Assembly (NCBI GenBank): GCA_051362555.1
Contig: CM120644.1
Span: 23,644,534 to 23,708,533, forward strand
Length of the DNA stretch: 64,000 nt
DNA from: Lingula anatina
Lineage: Eukaryota; Animalia; Brachiopoda
Direction: 5' to 3'
Each line of letters opens with the position of its first letter. Position 1 is the first letter of the stretch. Below are positions 1-14,394 of this stretch, piece after piece. Below the pieces are notes generated by a model. The model was not told the origin of the DNA, did not search any database, and worked only from the letters and a program-made list of their open reading frames with translations. A program made the translations under genes and the position numbers.

Positions 1-36
1 TCATACTGTCTGTTTGTTGAAAATCTAGGTAATAAT

Positions 37-255
37 TCAAGCTGTAATTCTACTCTTCCTTTTGAGAGACTTTCTCAATCCTTTTTCTTTCGTAGATGCA
101 GACACAGATTCTTGGTACTTTTCTTTAAGCTGTCTGCGAAATGAGTGGCCCCTAATGGTAATATATAATTTCACAAACATGCTAAAAAGGTCCATTTTTA
201 ATTTGTCTGATTCACCAGCAGTCAGTTCTTGTGTAAATTTGATTGATCTTCCGGG
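37..255 (-). pseudogene. C-terminal remnant of a probably transposon-derived protein
   Basis: Open minus frame ...MDLFSMFVKLYITIRGHSFRRQLKEKYQ...KEKGLRKSLKRK..* resembles basic C-termini of invertebrate DNA-transposon proteins; no start or upstream exon found. Confidence 0.35.
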
Positions 256-3200
256 GTGTCACAGCTACTGGTACATGTAGGAATGAAATTTCCGGTCGTT
301 GGGTGCGTATTCCTGTCCTGTCAGAGACTACCTCACGGACAGGGAAAGGCAGCAGGTATTGAAGACAAATTTCACACCCCGTTTTTATGAGGTAACGGGG
401 AAAAATGCCGAAAACCCCTCAATAAATTTCCACGTGTTGACGGAAACCTGTGTGCTCGCAACTGCAAGATGGCGGCAATGCTGTATCATAGCAACCACGA
501 GGGACTGCGAGAAATTGCGTTATCAATGCAGAGAAACAATAGAAATGCACTGAAGCACAGCGCGTGCTACCTTGATAATAAGCTGTTCAGACGCCCGTGG
601 AGCTATCAAAACAGATTATGTGAGACAATAGGCGAATGTTTACCCGAACGCACATAGCTTCAAAGGAAGATGCCGCGTTTCTTGTCCTTCTCTATTTAGG
701 TCCAAGATGCACATCACTTAATAAGTCATTTCACAAAAATCGCATCTAATTGTTTAGATTAACCTTTACTTTTATCGATCTCATCCCATTGTCTCAACCA
801 CCTAAAAGAAATATAGAGAACACGAGGAAAAGTAACACGTTTACATGCAGGCGAAGGAGTTATACTTCAATATTAATCGCGAACAATATCAACAGCGACT
901 AAAGACCGTTGCCTGTCTTTCACACTTTTACACAAACACACGAAGGTTTAATAAAGGGAGTCGCGGCGCGATATCTATCTCTTTCATTCGAACAAGCAAA
1001 GGGCTGACCCGAAGTAAGCTTTCTATACTAATGTCCTTTTTATTGTATATTGTAATTACTCTACTTGCTCGCCTCCATTGTCTTGTAAAAGTGACAAAGA
1101 ATGTGTTGTATTCACACACGAGTTGAAAGAACTTTGCATAACTCCCTTGCCTTAAGTTGCATAATGTCTTTCTCAAGGTTATAATCAGTGTGAAGAGGGT
1201 GTCTTGCCTCATTTAAAAAGGGTGTTGTTCTTCATACTGGTTGTTGCTTAACTTATGCTAATCTTAAACTTTTATGTACCAATATGGTTTTAATAAATCG
1301 CCAAAATTATGAATTTAATGAACAGTGTGTATCAAACGTTTTGATACGATTTAAATAAATGGACGAGGAGGATTACGGTATTAGGTTCTATTTACCTCTG
1401 GCTTTAACTTCGCCCTGCTATATAAATGAACAAATGTTGCAGATCGTAACAAAAAACTTTCTTATAGTGTTTAATGACATATATGATTTACACATTTGAT
1501 AGTGAAACACTCCTCGACTTTAACGAATCACCTGACGTAAACTGTCTACCCGCGCTCCCCGAAAAAAATGTTTCTTTTAATTTTGAAATGAATTGATTTT
1601 AAGACAAAGAAATCCATTAAACCCTTTAGTCTCTATATCATTGTACAGCATGTTGTAATCGATATTTAAAAAAAGTTAATTTTTGTACTCCGCTTTCATC
1701 GAGGATACCTCAAGTTGAGGTTACAATTACGTCGGTCGCCTATGCTACTGGTATATATATTTAAGGACAAATTAAGCTTTGTAAAGTCCCTATTGTCACA
1801 TACCATAGATACTTAATTTTGTCTTGAATGAAAAAAATAGCCTCAAATTATCGTTTTGTGCTTAAACCTTTCATTACTTGAACCAAGATCTGTACTATAG
1901 CTACCAAGACGTACATGCATCAAGTTGGGTCTGCTGGGGGAGGGGAGCATTTAAATGATAAACGAGGAAGTCTACCTGCAAAAGCAGCAGCAGTGGTTTA
2001 AATAATCGCTATCTAGACTCCTTTTTCTTTGACAGCAACATAAAAAGTGTTTAGGGAGAAAGTCACACAAAGACCCGACGTTGTTTTGTCTTTAGCATTT
2101 CCTCTTCCTTGTTATCTGCAATTACTATCGTCAATTAATGAAATCGAGAAAGCAATTAAGTGACGGCACATTGAATATAGTCAGTAGGTGCATTTCGCTG
2201 AGTGTTTACAAGATCTAGCGACACATTTTATCGCCACGCGTTCTAGTTTGATTAGTTTAGAAAATTAAACAGTTACTCTAGCGGCTCTCCGTCATTGCTA
2301 TGAATCTGACATCGAATTTAGTCCAAAATATTAGTAAATTCAGAATTATTAGCTAAAACGTAAATTGCCCTAATTTGTCAGATAATCAAAAATGCCGGTG
2401 ATCCACACGGAGGGTACGCTTTCCTGAAGGTAGCGGCGACGAACGGCGACGATATTTTTCTGAATAGTGAACCTTTATTAGTTACGAAAAGCCCCCTTTT
2501 CAACAGGCGCGTTTTATTAATTACTTCATGTCACAATGTTAATTTATACAGGCAAAACTTTATTCAAGGAAATAGTTTCACGAAATGAACGAGAGTAAAA
2601 TATAAGTCGGCACAAATATAAGGCATACAACAATGAGTCATGTTATGGATCATGTTATGGGCCATGTCGGATAATAATGGCATACCTTGATGCAAAACAG
2701 TCTATCGTTTCTTCCACCGCGAGTCCCTTTATTTAATGTAATGTATTACTCATCACCCGTTTCATTTGACACTCTCTCTTTTTATCTCCCTTCCCCTTTC
2801 TCTTGTTAGAAGGAGGGTAAATAATTAAGCACTCAAAATCTGCGCCACCAATCTTCAGAAAAACATAAGTCAACGAACCAGTGGGCTGATCCACAACATC
2901 CGACACAGCAGAATGAATCAAATAACAGCTAGCACAAATTTATATGCAGTTAGCTATAGTGTCACTACATACATAATCAGCCGCACGCGCGAAGCTGTTG
3001 AACAAAAGGATAGTTCGCTACGGGAGACCGTTTGTTTACATAAGTACTCTAAGGGGGCGTGGCTACCCAGGCGACCAGGGGATTAGGCTAGTTACTATAT
3101 GCCGTCAACAATCGTTTAGCGACCCTATCATTATACACTCTCTCTATTGTATTTCCACCGCATTAATCGCAGTGTAATCTTCAAATGGTCCACGGGGTAA

Positions 3201-5691
3201 ATGTAAACATTCTTAATCCTAGTACGGTATTATCCTCACAAATGATGAGTGGCTAGATCATGGCCAGCGTGGCTTGATTTCATGGTGTTCTGCATGAAAA
3301 CATCACTCATTCGGGTGTAATGGCCTCACACATATCAGTTATAGTGGTAGCATCCATATAAGAGTAGACCTAACGTTTCCTGCGTTATGAACTAACAACT
3401 TCAATCGATACGCTCTGGCTCACGCTCTCTTAGGATGTGGATACACAAGGTTGAACATTAGTGAATTGGTTAGAATACCCTGCTCGGGAATATCCCATTG
3501 GATTTCGATGCTCGCAGCGCCATATGCAACTGTTCACAACAAAGTCTATTTCTCTTTGTTCTTATTTATTCCATACCATCTGTAAATATATAAAGAGCGA
3601 TGAGCAAAGAAGAATGTGCGATTATCATAATAATGTTATTAATAGCTATAATCTTAATATATAATAAGTATAATAATAATAATAATAATGATAATATTCA
3701 TAAAAGAATTAAACTATTGACCACGTACCTGTAAATATATAAAGAGCGATGAGCAAAGAAGAATGACAGAAAAAGGGCGGCGACGATATTTATAAGCGAC
3801 GAAAGGCGGGAAAGATGACCAATGGGAATGAGAGAGTAAGATGACGCCCACGTGACAAAACAAAAGACGAACACGAGTGAAGAAAATACATTCATACGGC
3901 TACATTACTACCACATATGTGTGTAAAACAAAATCCACACAAACAATTTGTTATATATGAATAATATGATATCGACAGAATTCTTTAGATTTCCGAAATA
4001 CCCAGAATTGTAACCGTCAAAATGAGAGACCCAGTTATGAGAACAAGTTCCAACAAAACTACTGAAATTAGATTCAGCGATGCACTATTAGTAACACTTC
4101 AAGCACATTCTTCACAAACCACTTATTTGTGCCTATGTTTTGGGCACACTGGCTGGTTGCATGAAGCACATGCATGTGACATTTTCCTGTCAGTGTTGCG
4201 TGGGCAAAACATTTGAATAAAATTTAAAAACTAATATTTAGAAACCAATGCTTCTCTTTGGGGTCATAAATGACCCCACAAGAGTTTGTGGTGTATACGC
4301 CACACTGATTGGTTGATCCCTACAAAAAACTGTGGCAGTGTGTAGGATAAGCATTTCAGGGTTATGTCAGTAATGTAACTAAAGTTATTTGCTTGTCAAA
4401 ATATCTATCAACCGAAATGTATTTCTCAACACTAAAGAACCTTTGATCGGCTCCAGGGGAATTTTTTTTTTAAATCCCTTTGTCCTCGATTCACATTTCT
4501 TATAACCCCTTATTTTCTGAGCAGGAAACATTCATCCACAGGAGGCCAAGCCAGGTCGTTATGAAAGTTTTAATTATAGCCGCAGCAATGCTTCGGGCTT
4601 TGCTACACTTTTAAGATAGAGAAAGGAGCCAAGACTAAGACTTTAATGACGTGGATTTAGTTTGTTATCACCCTATGACTATAGTAAACACAGAAACTCT
4701 GAGTGAAGAAACTATGTTTGATGTAAGCATAATAGAGTAGTTTAGGCAGCGAACAATGTTAATTTGTAACGCTTAAAGCTGAATTAATTATTATTATTAT
4801 TATTAAATACTGTTCAAGCGAGATGAACTTCCACAACAAGTACATGTAGCTTATTTAGCAAAAATTGACCAAATCGGCCAGACACTAAGACTTTGGCTGG
4901 ATTTCACCAGCGCACATGGACGAGTTAATTCCATATAGAGTGTGATATAGGGTCACTTTATTCGGTTTAAGTGGTGTTTTAGGGTGAAATGACTATATTT
5001 ATTCTGAGTATGTATGTCACATAATACACTGTCACCCTCTCTTGATATATGCCATGAATATATGCCATGCATATATCGCTCGGTATTATCTCACACCCCT
5101 GACAAAATTTACTTATAAATGCCCGGGATACTTCTAATGTCTTCATGGAACAGTCTTAATTTAGAACAGAAGAACAGCTCAAGTGTTGCATTACTCAAGC
5201 ATTCTCTCAAAACTGAACTTTTCGCTGGACCCCAATCCATTATCACTTTACAGCTTGCTAGGATACAAGAAATACATTTTTATCGGGCTCGCGTAGACCT
5301 ATCATTCAAATCTCAACTTTTTAAGCACAACCGGCTATCATTAAACACCCTAAACTATGTGGTAAGGCTGAAACCCCACGACATTTCTACTTTCGATGCC
5401 CTCTTAAACAGTCAAAATACCATAAGTTAAAAAAAATATACTCGGAGATGACTACATTAATTTCAGAATGCAATTTGATTAAACTTATCTCTTTCTACAC
5501 GATTGCTGTTGGAATATTTTAATGATCACATTTGGTTCGGCGTTGTTTAACAACTCACATCATTTACACAGTGCTCTGTTGTCTAGCTGTTACCTTGTAC
5601 ACACAAACCCAATATAGAGGTGTATTTCACATGCTGAAGTGTCAAAAAATTAAATTGAATGAATTCACAGTTCTATTCAATTTTTTAAAAC

Positions 5692-5804
5692 ATATGCGTG
5701 AATAGAACAAAAATCCACGACTGTCTCAATTTAAATTTAAATTTTTGCCATGTCTTTAAATTTAAATTGAGACAGTCGTCGATTTTTGTTCTATTCACGC
5801 ATAT
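5692..5804. repeat. Near-perfect inverted repeat (about 50 bp arms, 13 bp spacer)
   Basis: ATATGCGTGAATAGAACAAAAATC...TTTAAATTTAAA and its reverse complement, one mismatch. Confidence 0.9.
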
Positions 5805-6819
5805 ATTGTCATTTTAGCATTTTGAAAATTTACCTCTTTGCATTTGTCAGTCCCATAATATTCATTGTCATATTTTTGAACTGTATGGTATTCGTGTGCA
5901 TTCACGTACTGGCAAAAACTTAGGGAATTTTGTCGAAAAAGTCTTGTGGACCATGACCACTCATTTATGAGTCAGAATGATAATGCTTCTCCGCGCACAG
6001 CCAAGGCAACAGCTTCACGCCCATTTGGAAGAATTAACCAAGCTCGGCCGAACTTCTGGACAAGATTTAGCCTTGTTACAGAGCCGCTCACGGAGATTGG
6101 TTGGTAGAGCTAGGTTTAGAGATTATCCAAAGGGAAGAAGTCACCAAACAGACAACAAGTCAAACCAATTCAGAGCATTTATTTTTCTTTAACCACCTTT
6201 TAATACAAGTTTCTAAGTACTGGTACTTATAATAATGAACAGTGCGTATATCTGAAGTTTTTTTTTCTTTTTTTTTTAATAAAATAATTACAAGTTATTT
6301 TGTTCCATCCAGATCTGGATTATTCATCTTTCAGAAAATCCTACTTTTGTTGCAGCTCCACAATTGACTGGATGCAAACACCTTTTTTTACTTGATAATG
6401 CATTAACGGAAATCCTCATTTTACACAGAAAAACACTGTCCAGATTATGGTCAAACATAGACTTATACAATATGATCAAGCAAATGTCCCGGTTGATTGG
6501 TGAGGAGGGCCAATGGTCTTCTCTTTCAAGCTATACATTTTTGAAAAAAAATAAATGTCATGACCGCTAGCCTTTCTTTGATTTCACAGTATACAGAATG
6601 ATGTATTAATTATTATAGTGTATTAAGTGTTGTATGAGTGGCGATTTATCGCTAGAATCATATTAAACTAAGAACGCTTAGTGTAAGCAAACAGTATATA
6701 GTTTGCAGATCATTTGATATCGCCTACTGATCTGTAAAGGCCCAGTCTGCACCAAGTAATACAATAACGAGTGAATTCTTATCAATTAAGGTATACACCC
6801 AAGTATTGGTACAACACGA

Positions 6820-8320
6820 CAGCTGACATCTCTTTAATTCATTTACGTTCATTCCAAAGACTCTAGTTTCTACATCAGTATTTTTGTGATCTGTGATTGA
6901 TGTATTTTCAAACTACGAATGGGTTGTGTTCATCGAATCAAAAACTGCTGATAGTGTGTGAGAAGCTTTTAGTAATATTTTAGCCGAAATCCAGCAATCC
7001 TACAAACAGATGCAGAAGCAGAATTTACAATTAGAACATTTCAGATATATTTGAAAGAAAAAAGGAAAATCCTTTTTCACAACAAAGATGGATAAAAAAA
7101 ATTGGCCATTGAACGGTTTAACAGAACATTGAAATCTCGCATGGACAAATATTTCGCCGCCAACAGTACACTGGCATATTTATATGCACTCGACCAACTT
7201 TTAATAGGATAAAACATGGCTGAACACTAGAGCATTGGTATAGCACATCACCAATGGAAGCGTCAAAATGAAAATAAAAATTCGGACGAGGAATGGAAAA
7301 ACCTTTACATGTGTATGAAATTTGAAAAAGAAAAGTTTAAATTCAAGGAGGGAGACACCGTAAAGCCTCGGTCACAACCGGCCGTAGGGGTTCTTACGAG
7401 CTGTTTGCGTCCAAATTTTTCTCAGAATCTCACGTCCCACGCAAGTCCTTCTTACGAAATTTCGAGTTCGCAGACAGTCCATAAGCACGTACAGAGGATG
7501 TTGGACATGTCCAAAAGATTCTACAAATAGCCTGTGAACAGCGAGACCGCAAGCGCTACTTGCTCCTTTCTCACGGAGTTAGCAAGAGAGACGCGCGTCT
7601 CAAGCAATGAAGAAGAGGCGCACGCCCTCACAACTAACGAACAAAGTCGAATGCGTAGCACGTGCGTCACCCCCACGCCTGGTGTATAAAAGGCGTGCTC
7701 ACGACGCGCACTCGTGTCTTTACAATGAACGTCGACTGTGTAACGTGTACAACAATTTTCAAAATTTTCAAATTTTTGCTCAATTTAGTTTCTAATATGC
7801 CTCCGGAAGGCAAGAGAAAGAAGCTTTCATAGTAGAAAAAAAGGGAGGAGGAAGAAGAAATAAGAGAAGAACAGGAAGCAAAACTGACGTACGCCGTCAG
7901 TACGTCACCACAGACGTGAGAGGCAAGTGTGAAGCAAAACTGGCGCAAAAGGGCACTACTTTCGCCGTGCGTTACATTCCCTTCGTTAGTGGTGAGTGTG
8001 TGCCACGTACACAGGAAGCAAGACAAACTCAAGAAATGAGTGCAATTTCCACGGCCATTGCTCCTTGCAATTAGCATTCCTGCTTGAAAGGACATCTCAT
8101 GTGGCCCTTGCGACTCGCAAGGCAGACTTTCCTCCACCTCTACGACCTCCACGGCCTCCGCAACACCCAAAATCGCAGGGGACGTAAGATCCTGAAATTC
8201 GTACGTCCGGTTGTGACCGAGGCTTAAGATTGAGCAAACTTTTTAAACTCCCTGTGACAAAAGCCTCGAGCAGGGTTGGGTGCAGGAGTTGTTCATGATA
8301 ACGCAACGTTATGTCAATGA
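6820..8320 (+). pseudogene. Polinton integrase remnant interrupted by a MITE
   Basis: Frameshifted VIDVFS, LQTDA.AEF, IERFNRTLKSRMDKYF and KFKEGDTV motifs. Confidence 0.85.
7364..8224. mobile_element. PIF/Harbinger-like non-autonomous element, 861 bp
   Basis: TIRs AGCCTCGGTCACAACCGG / CCGGTTGTGACCGAGGCT with TAA target duplication. The empty site CACCG-TAA-GGTTGAG is seen in the sister integrase copy at 9481. Confidence 0.9.
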
Positions 8321-8719
8321 GAGAGAAGCTGCACAGAGAGTTCTACAAAACCTACAAAGACGACCACGTGATGCAGTCCGTGGATGCACTCATACTTTAT
8401 AAAATCATCCAGATGCGATGTGTGAAGCTTTCATGCCGTTTAATAAGACCATCCTGGCTAAAGCGTCCACAAGGTACGAGTTGGGAAGATTTGGGCGATA
8501 GCGCTGGAAAAATGAATGGAATTAGAATCCCATCAATATTCTAAAGACCCTTGTACCGTAGTCGCTGATAATAATTTGTACGATGCGGAATATATACGTT
8601 ACTTCACAGGAATTAATACCAAGGTTAACGAGAGTAACTATGACGTTGGCTAGATGTACTCTCACTCAAAGGTGACAAGGCACAAATTCCTTCCGGCGCC
8701 AAGTTATGTTGGTCACTTT

Positions 8720-9570
8720 GAGGCATAAAGAGAATATATAGAATATATTACCAACTTTCCAACCCTGCTAGCTTTGGAAGAGCGTCGAAAATAAATGGAG
8801 AAGCGCAAAAGGTTTTTTTTTTTTATTTACCCGTAAGCAACTTGAAGAGTTCTTGACAAGACAATATACAAATACACTAAATGCTTAAGTCAGAAAAAGA
8901 TTCCATACATATCGTTATATTGTTGGCCATGTAGATCAGCAACGGCAAGCGGATTTAGCTGACTTCAGAAAAATATCAGAATATAATAAAGGAATGAAAA
9001 TTTTGTTAACTGTGATTGATGTATTTTCAAAGTATGCATAGGTTGTGGCCATCAAACCAACAACTGCTGATAGTGTGTAAGAAGCATTTAGTAATATTTT
9101 AGCCGAAGGTGAAAATCCGGTAATCCTACAATCAAATGCAGGAACAGAATTTACAAAAAGAAAAATTCAGGCATACCTGAAAGAACAAGGAATAGCCTTT
9201 TTCACAAAGAAGTTGGAACAAAATTTTCGGCCGTCCAACGGTTTAAAAGATCCTTGAGATCTTGCATGGACAAATATTTCGCCGCCAACAGTACACTGGC
9301 ATATTTATATGCACTCGACCAACTTTTAATGGGATAAAACATGGCTGAACACTAGAGCATTGGTACAGTACATCACCAATGGAAGCGTCAAAATGAAAAT
9401 AAAAATTCGGACGAGGAATGGAAAAACCTTTACAGTAGTATGACATTTGAAAAGGCAAAGTTTAAATTCAAGGTGGGAGACACCGTAAGGTTGAGAAGCA
9501 TAAAACTCCCTGTGACAAAAGCCTCCAGCAGGGTTGGGTGCAGGAGTTGTTTACAATAACGCAACATTAT
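8720..9570 (+). pseudogene. Polinton integrase remnant, most complete copy
   Basis: YY..SNPASFG, DQQRQADLADF, LLTVIDVFSKYA, LQSNAGTEF, KFKVGDTVRL and GWVQELFTI motifs, with stops and frameshifts. Confidence 0.9.
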
Positions 9571-12500
9571 GTCAATGAGAGAGAAGCTGCAGACAGAGTT
9601 TTACAAAACCCACAAAGACGACCACGTGATGCAGTCCGTCGATACATTCATACTATGTGTGATCATCCAGCAGCTATGTGTGAAGCTTTCATGCCGTTTA
9701 ATAAGATAATCTTGGTTATAGCATCCACGAGTTAAGAACATTTGACCCGCAGCGCTAGAAAAGTTAGAATGAGAATCTCAATCTCAAAATTCTAAAGATC
9801 CTCGTAATGTAATCGCTGGTAATAATTTGTATGTCGCTGAATATATACGTTACTTGACAGGAATTAATACCACGGTTACCGAGAGTAACTATGATGTTAG
9901 CTAGATGTACTCTCACTCAAAGGTGACGAGATGCAAATTTCTTCTGGCCCCAAGACATTTAAGTCACTTTGAGACTTAAATAGAATATATAGAATATATT
10001 ACAATCTTTCCAACCCTGCTAGCTTTGGAAGAGTGACGAAAATAAATGAAGAAGCGCGAAAGTTTTTTTTTTTTTAATTTACCCGTAAGCAACTCGAAGA
10101 GTTTTAGAGAGGTCAGTGAAATAAAATAAATTACGTACCTTCCAGTCTTGCTAATTTTTAAAGCATGTTGAAATGAAAAAGGATTAAACTTTTAACCATA
10201 AGCAACTCAAAGAGTTCTTGATAAGACAAGATCCATATACATGACATGCTAAAAGCAGGAAAATATTTCATACCAATTGTGTTGTTGTTGGTCATACAGA
10301 TCAGCAAGGGCAATCGTATTCAACTGACCTCAGCAATGAGCAATAAGCTCGACCAGCTTTTGATGGGATACCAAATAACTGAACAAAGGAGCAATAGTAC
10401 GTCACCAAATTCAAGATTGGAGACACCGTATGGTTGAGCAAACATAGAACTCCCTTTGCCAAAGGTTACGCGCAGGGTTGGCGCAGGAGTTGTTTACAAT
10501 AACCAACGTTATGTCAATGAGAGAGAAGCTGCAGACAGAGTTTTACAAAACCTGCAAAGACGTCCCGTGATGCAGTCCGTGGATACATCCATACTGTATG
10601 TGATCATCCAGCAGCTATGTGTGAAGCTTTCATGCCGTTTAATAAGATAATATTGGTTATAGCATCCACGAGTTAAGAACATTTGACCCGGAGCGCTAGA
10701 AAAGGTCGAATGAGAATCTCAATCTCAAAATTCTAAAGACCCTCGTAATGTAGTCGCTGGTAATAATTTGTATGTCGCTGAATATATACGTTACTTTACA
10801 GGAATTAATACCACGGTTACCGTGAGTAACTATGATGTTAGCTAGATGTACACTCACTCAAAGGTGACGAGATGCAAATTTCTTCTGGCCCCAAGACATT
10901 TAAGTCACTTTGAGACTTAAATAGAATATACAGAATATATAGAATATATTACAATCTTTCCAACCCTGCTAGCTTTGGAAGAGTGACGAAAATAAATGAA
11001 GAAGCGCGAAAGTTTTTTTTTTTTTTTTTTTTTTAATTTACCCGTAAGCAACTGGAAGAGATTTAGAGAGGTCAGTGAAATAAAATAAATTACGTACCTT
11101 CCAGTCTTGCTAATTTTTAAAGCATGTTGAAATGAAAAAGGATTAAACTTTTAACCATAAGCAACTCAAAGAGTTCTTGATAAGACAAGATCCATATACA
11201 TGACATGCTAAAAGCAGGAAAATATTTCATACCAATTGTGTTGTTGTTGGTCATACAGATCAGCAAGGGCAATCGTATTCAGCTGACCTCAGCAATGAGC
11301 AATAAGCTCGACCAGCTTTTGATGGGATACCAAATAACTGAACAAAGGAGCAATGGTACGTCACCAAATTCAAGATTGGAGACACCGTATGGTTGAGCAA
11401 ACATAGAACTCCCTTTGCCAAAGGTTACGCGCAGGGTTGGCGCAGGAGTTGTTTACAATAACCCAACGTTATGTCAATGAGAGAGAAGCTGCAGACAGAG
11501 TTTTACAAAACCTGCAAAGACGTCCCGTGATGCAGTCCGTGGATACATCCATACTGTATGTGATCATCCAGCAGCTATGTGTGAAGCTTTCATGCCGTTT
11601 AATAAGATAATATTGGTTATAGCATCCACGAGTTAAGAACATTTGACCCGGAGCGCTAGAAAAGGTCGAATGAGAATCTCAATCTCAAAATTCTAAAGAC
11701 CCTCGTAATGTAGTCGCTGGTAATAATTTGTATGTCGCTGAATATATACGTTACTTTACAGGAATTAATACCACGGTTACCGTGAGTAACTATGATGTTA
11801 GCTAGATGTACACTCACTCAAAGGTGACGAGATGCAAATTTCTTCTGGCCCCAAGACATTTAAGTCACTTTGAGACTTAAATAGAATATACAGAATATAT
11901 AGAATATATTACAATCTTTCCAACCCTGCTAGCTTTGGAAGAGTGACGAAAATAAATGAAGAAGCGCGAAAGTTTTTTTGTTTTTTTTTTTAATTTACCC
12001 GTAAGCAACTGGAAGAGATTTAGAGAGGTCAGTGAAATAAAATAAATTACGTACCTTCCAGTCTTGCTAATTTTTAAAGCATGTTGAAATGAAAAAGGAT
12101 TAAACTTTTAACCATAAGCAACTCAAAGAGTTCTTGATAAGACAAGATCCATATACATGACATGCTAAAAGCAGGAAAATATTTCATACCAATTGTGTTG
12201 TTGTTGGTCATACAGATCAGCAAGGGCAATCGTATTCAACTGACCTCAACAATGAGCAATAAGCTCGACCAGCTTTTGATGGGATACCAAATAACTGAAC
12301 AAAGGAGCAATGGTACGTCACCAAAGGACGCGTAGAAATTTAAAAAAAAAATTCGGACGTGGTATGTAAAAACCTTCAGGGGGAATGAAAAACAAAAAAA
12401 TTAAATTCAAAATTGGAGACACCGCATGGTTGAGCAAACATAGAACTCCCTTTGCCAAAGGTTACGCGCAGGGTTGGCGCAGGAGTTGTTTACAATAACC

Positions 12501-12870
12501 CAACGTTATGTCAATGAGAGAGAAGCTGCAGACAGTTTTTTACAAACCCTGCAAAGACGTCCCGTGATGCAGTCCGTGGATACATACATACTGTATGTGA
12601 TCATCCAGCTTCGATATGTGAAGGTTTCATGCCGTTTTATAAGACCATCTTGGTTATAGCATCCATGAGGTACCAAGCGGGACGATTTGAGCCGGAATGT
12701 TGAAAAAAAAAAATGAGAACATCATCAAGATTTCTAAAGACCCTCGTAATGTAGTCGCTGGTAATAAATTGTATGACGCAGAATATGTACATAGATTTAC
12801 AAGAATTAATACCACGGTTCTGAAGAGCTACTGTGATGTTGGCAAGACATAATTTCACTCAAAGATGATG
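9504..12870 (+). repeat. Tandem array of ~960 bp Polinton-derived units (3 near-identical copies plus a partial copy)
   Basis: Near-identical ORFs at 10246 and 11205 (period 959) and the same sequence again near 12163. Confidence 0.95.
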
Positions 12871-13116
12871 ACAAATACACATAGACACAGAGTTCACAGC
12901 CAACAGTACAGTGGTATATATTTATGTGCACTCGACCAACTTTTAATGGGATACAACATGACTGAAAACAAGGGCATTGGTATGTCACCAAGAAAAAAAT
13001 TAGGACGTGGTATGGAAAAAACCTTAATCAGGGTATGAAATTAAAAAAAAAAAAAAAAAAAAAAGGCAGCAAAGCTGTCAAATGTACAGACAAAAAAATA
13101 CAGAAAATAAAGATGC

Positions 13117-14350
13117 AAAATAGGTCATTTTGTCAATTTTGATGCAATAATAAATAATGCTTATAATAACACAATCAGTTAACACTGATTTTTAATCATG
13201 CACAACGGGTAACATGGTCAATAACAGGAGCAGATCCAGAGATATTTTCTGACAGTATTCCAAAGTATCTTTGTTGATCCATCCTACACTTTTGATGGTC
13301 TTCCAACAGAAAAAAAAATGGATACCAGTTAATGTAAACTTTAAAATCTGACCGTCATCTGAAAGACCCAGAAGACGGCCTCAATCCATCCCTGCAATAA
13401 GATTACAGTTTCTGGACTATGAGAGTTCAAATTCACATAATGAAAATCCCAATATTTGAAAATGTTGACAGTGCATAAAATAATATTACATAATGTTTCA
13501 AGACATAAAAACCTATGCAACTGCTTATGTGGAAATACAGAAAATCTGAAGAGCTTCAGGTGGATGGGAGTTGAAAATGCCAGTGTTTAGAAATAAAATT
13601 AAAAAGAAAACACAAAAAAAAAAAAAAATCCAATAAAGCTGCTATTCAAACTTTTAATCTTGCTGTATTAACATGATATGAATAACCCCAATGTGTTTGA
13701 GGATAATAAGGCACTGTTATTCATGTATAGCATTAATGTTGGCATTACAAAATTTTTTTTTTCTTTTGTAAAGTTATTTGCAGTATTAAACAACATTTAC
13801 CTGCATAATTATCACCAATTCCTAATTATGTGACACAGTTAAGAGAGCTTAACCTATAGAAAATGGGTCATTTTGTCAATTTTGATGCAATAATAAATAA
13901 TGCTTATAATAGCACTGTCAATCAACACTGAATTTTAATCATGCACAACAGGTAACATGCTCAATAATAGGAGCAGATCCAGAGGTATTTTCTGACAGTA
14001 TTCCAAATTATATTTGTTGATCCATCCTACACTTTTGATGGTCTTCCAACAGAAAAAAACTGATACCAGTCAATGTAAACTTTAAAATCTGACCGTCATC
14101 TGAAAGACCCAGAAGACGGCCTCAATCCACCCCTGCAATAAGATTATAGTTTCTGGACCATGAGAGTTCAAATTCACATAATGAATATCCCAATATTTGA
14201 AAAATGTTGACAGTGCATAAAATAATATTACATATTGCTTCAAGACATAAAAACCTATGCAACTGCTTATGTGGAAATACAGAAAATCTGAAGAGCTTCA
14301 GGTGGATGGGAGTTGAAAATACCAGTGTTTAGAAAAAAATTAAAAAGAAA

Positions 14351-14394
<44 letters not shown>

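Noticed and set aside
299-700. THAP-domain or host gene first exon
   Set aside because: GC-richer and promoter-like, but no convincing motif or open frame
10246-11396. Duplicated 63 aa ORF resembling a secreted peptide (MLKAGKYFIPIVLLLVIQ...)
   Set aside because: Off-frame read of a deleted Polinton integrase unit
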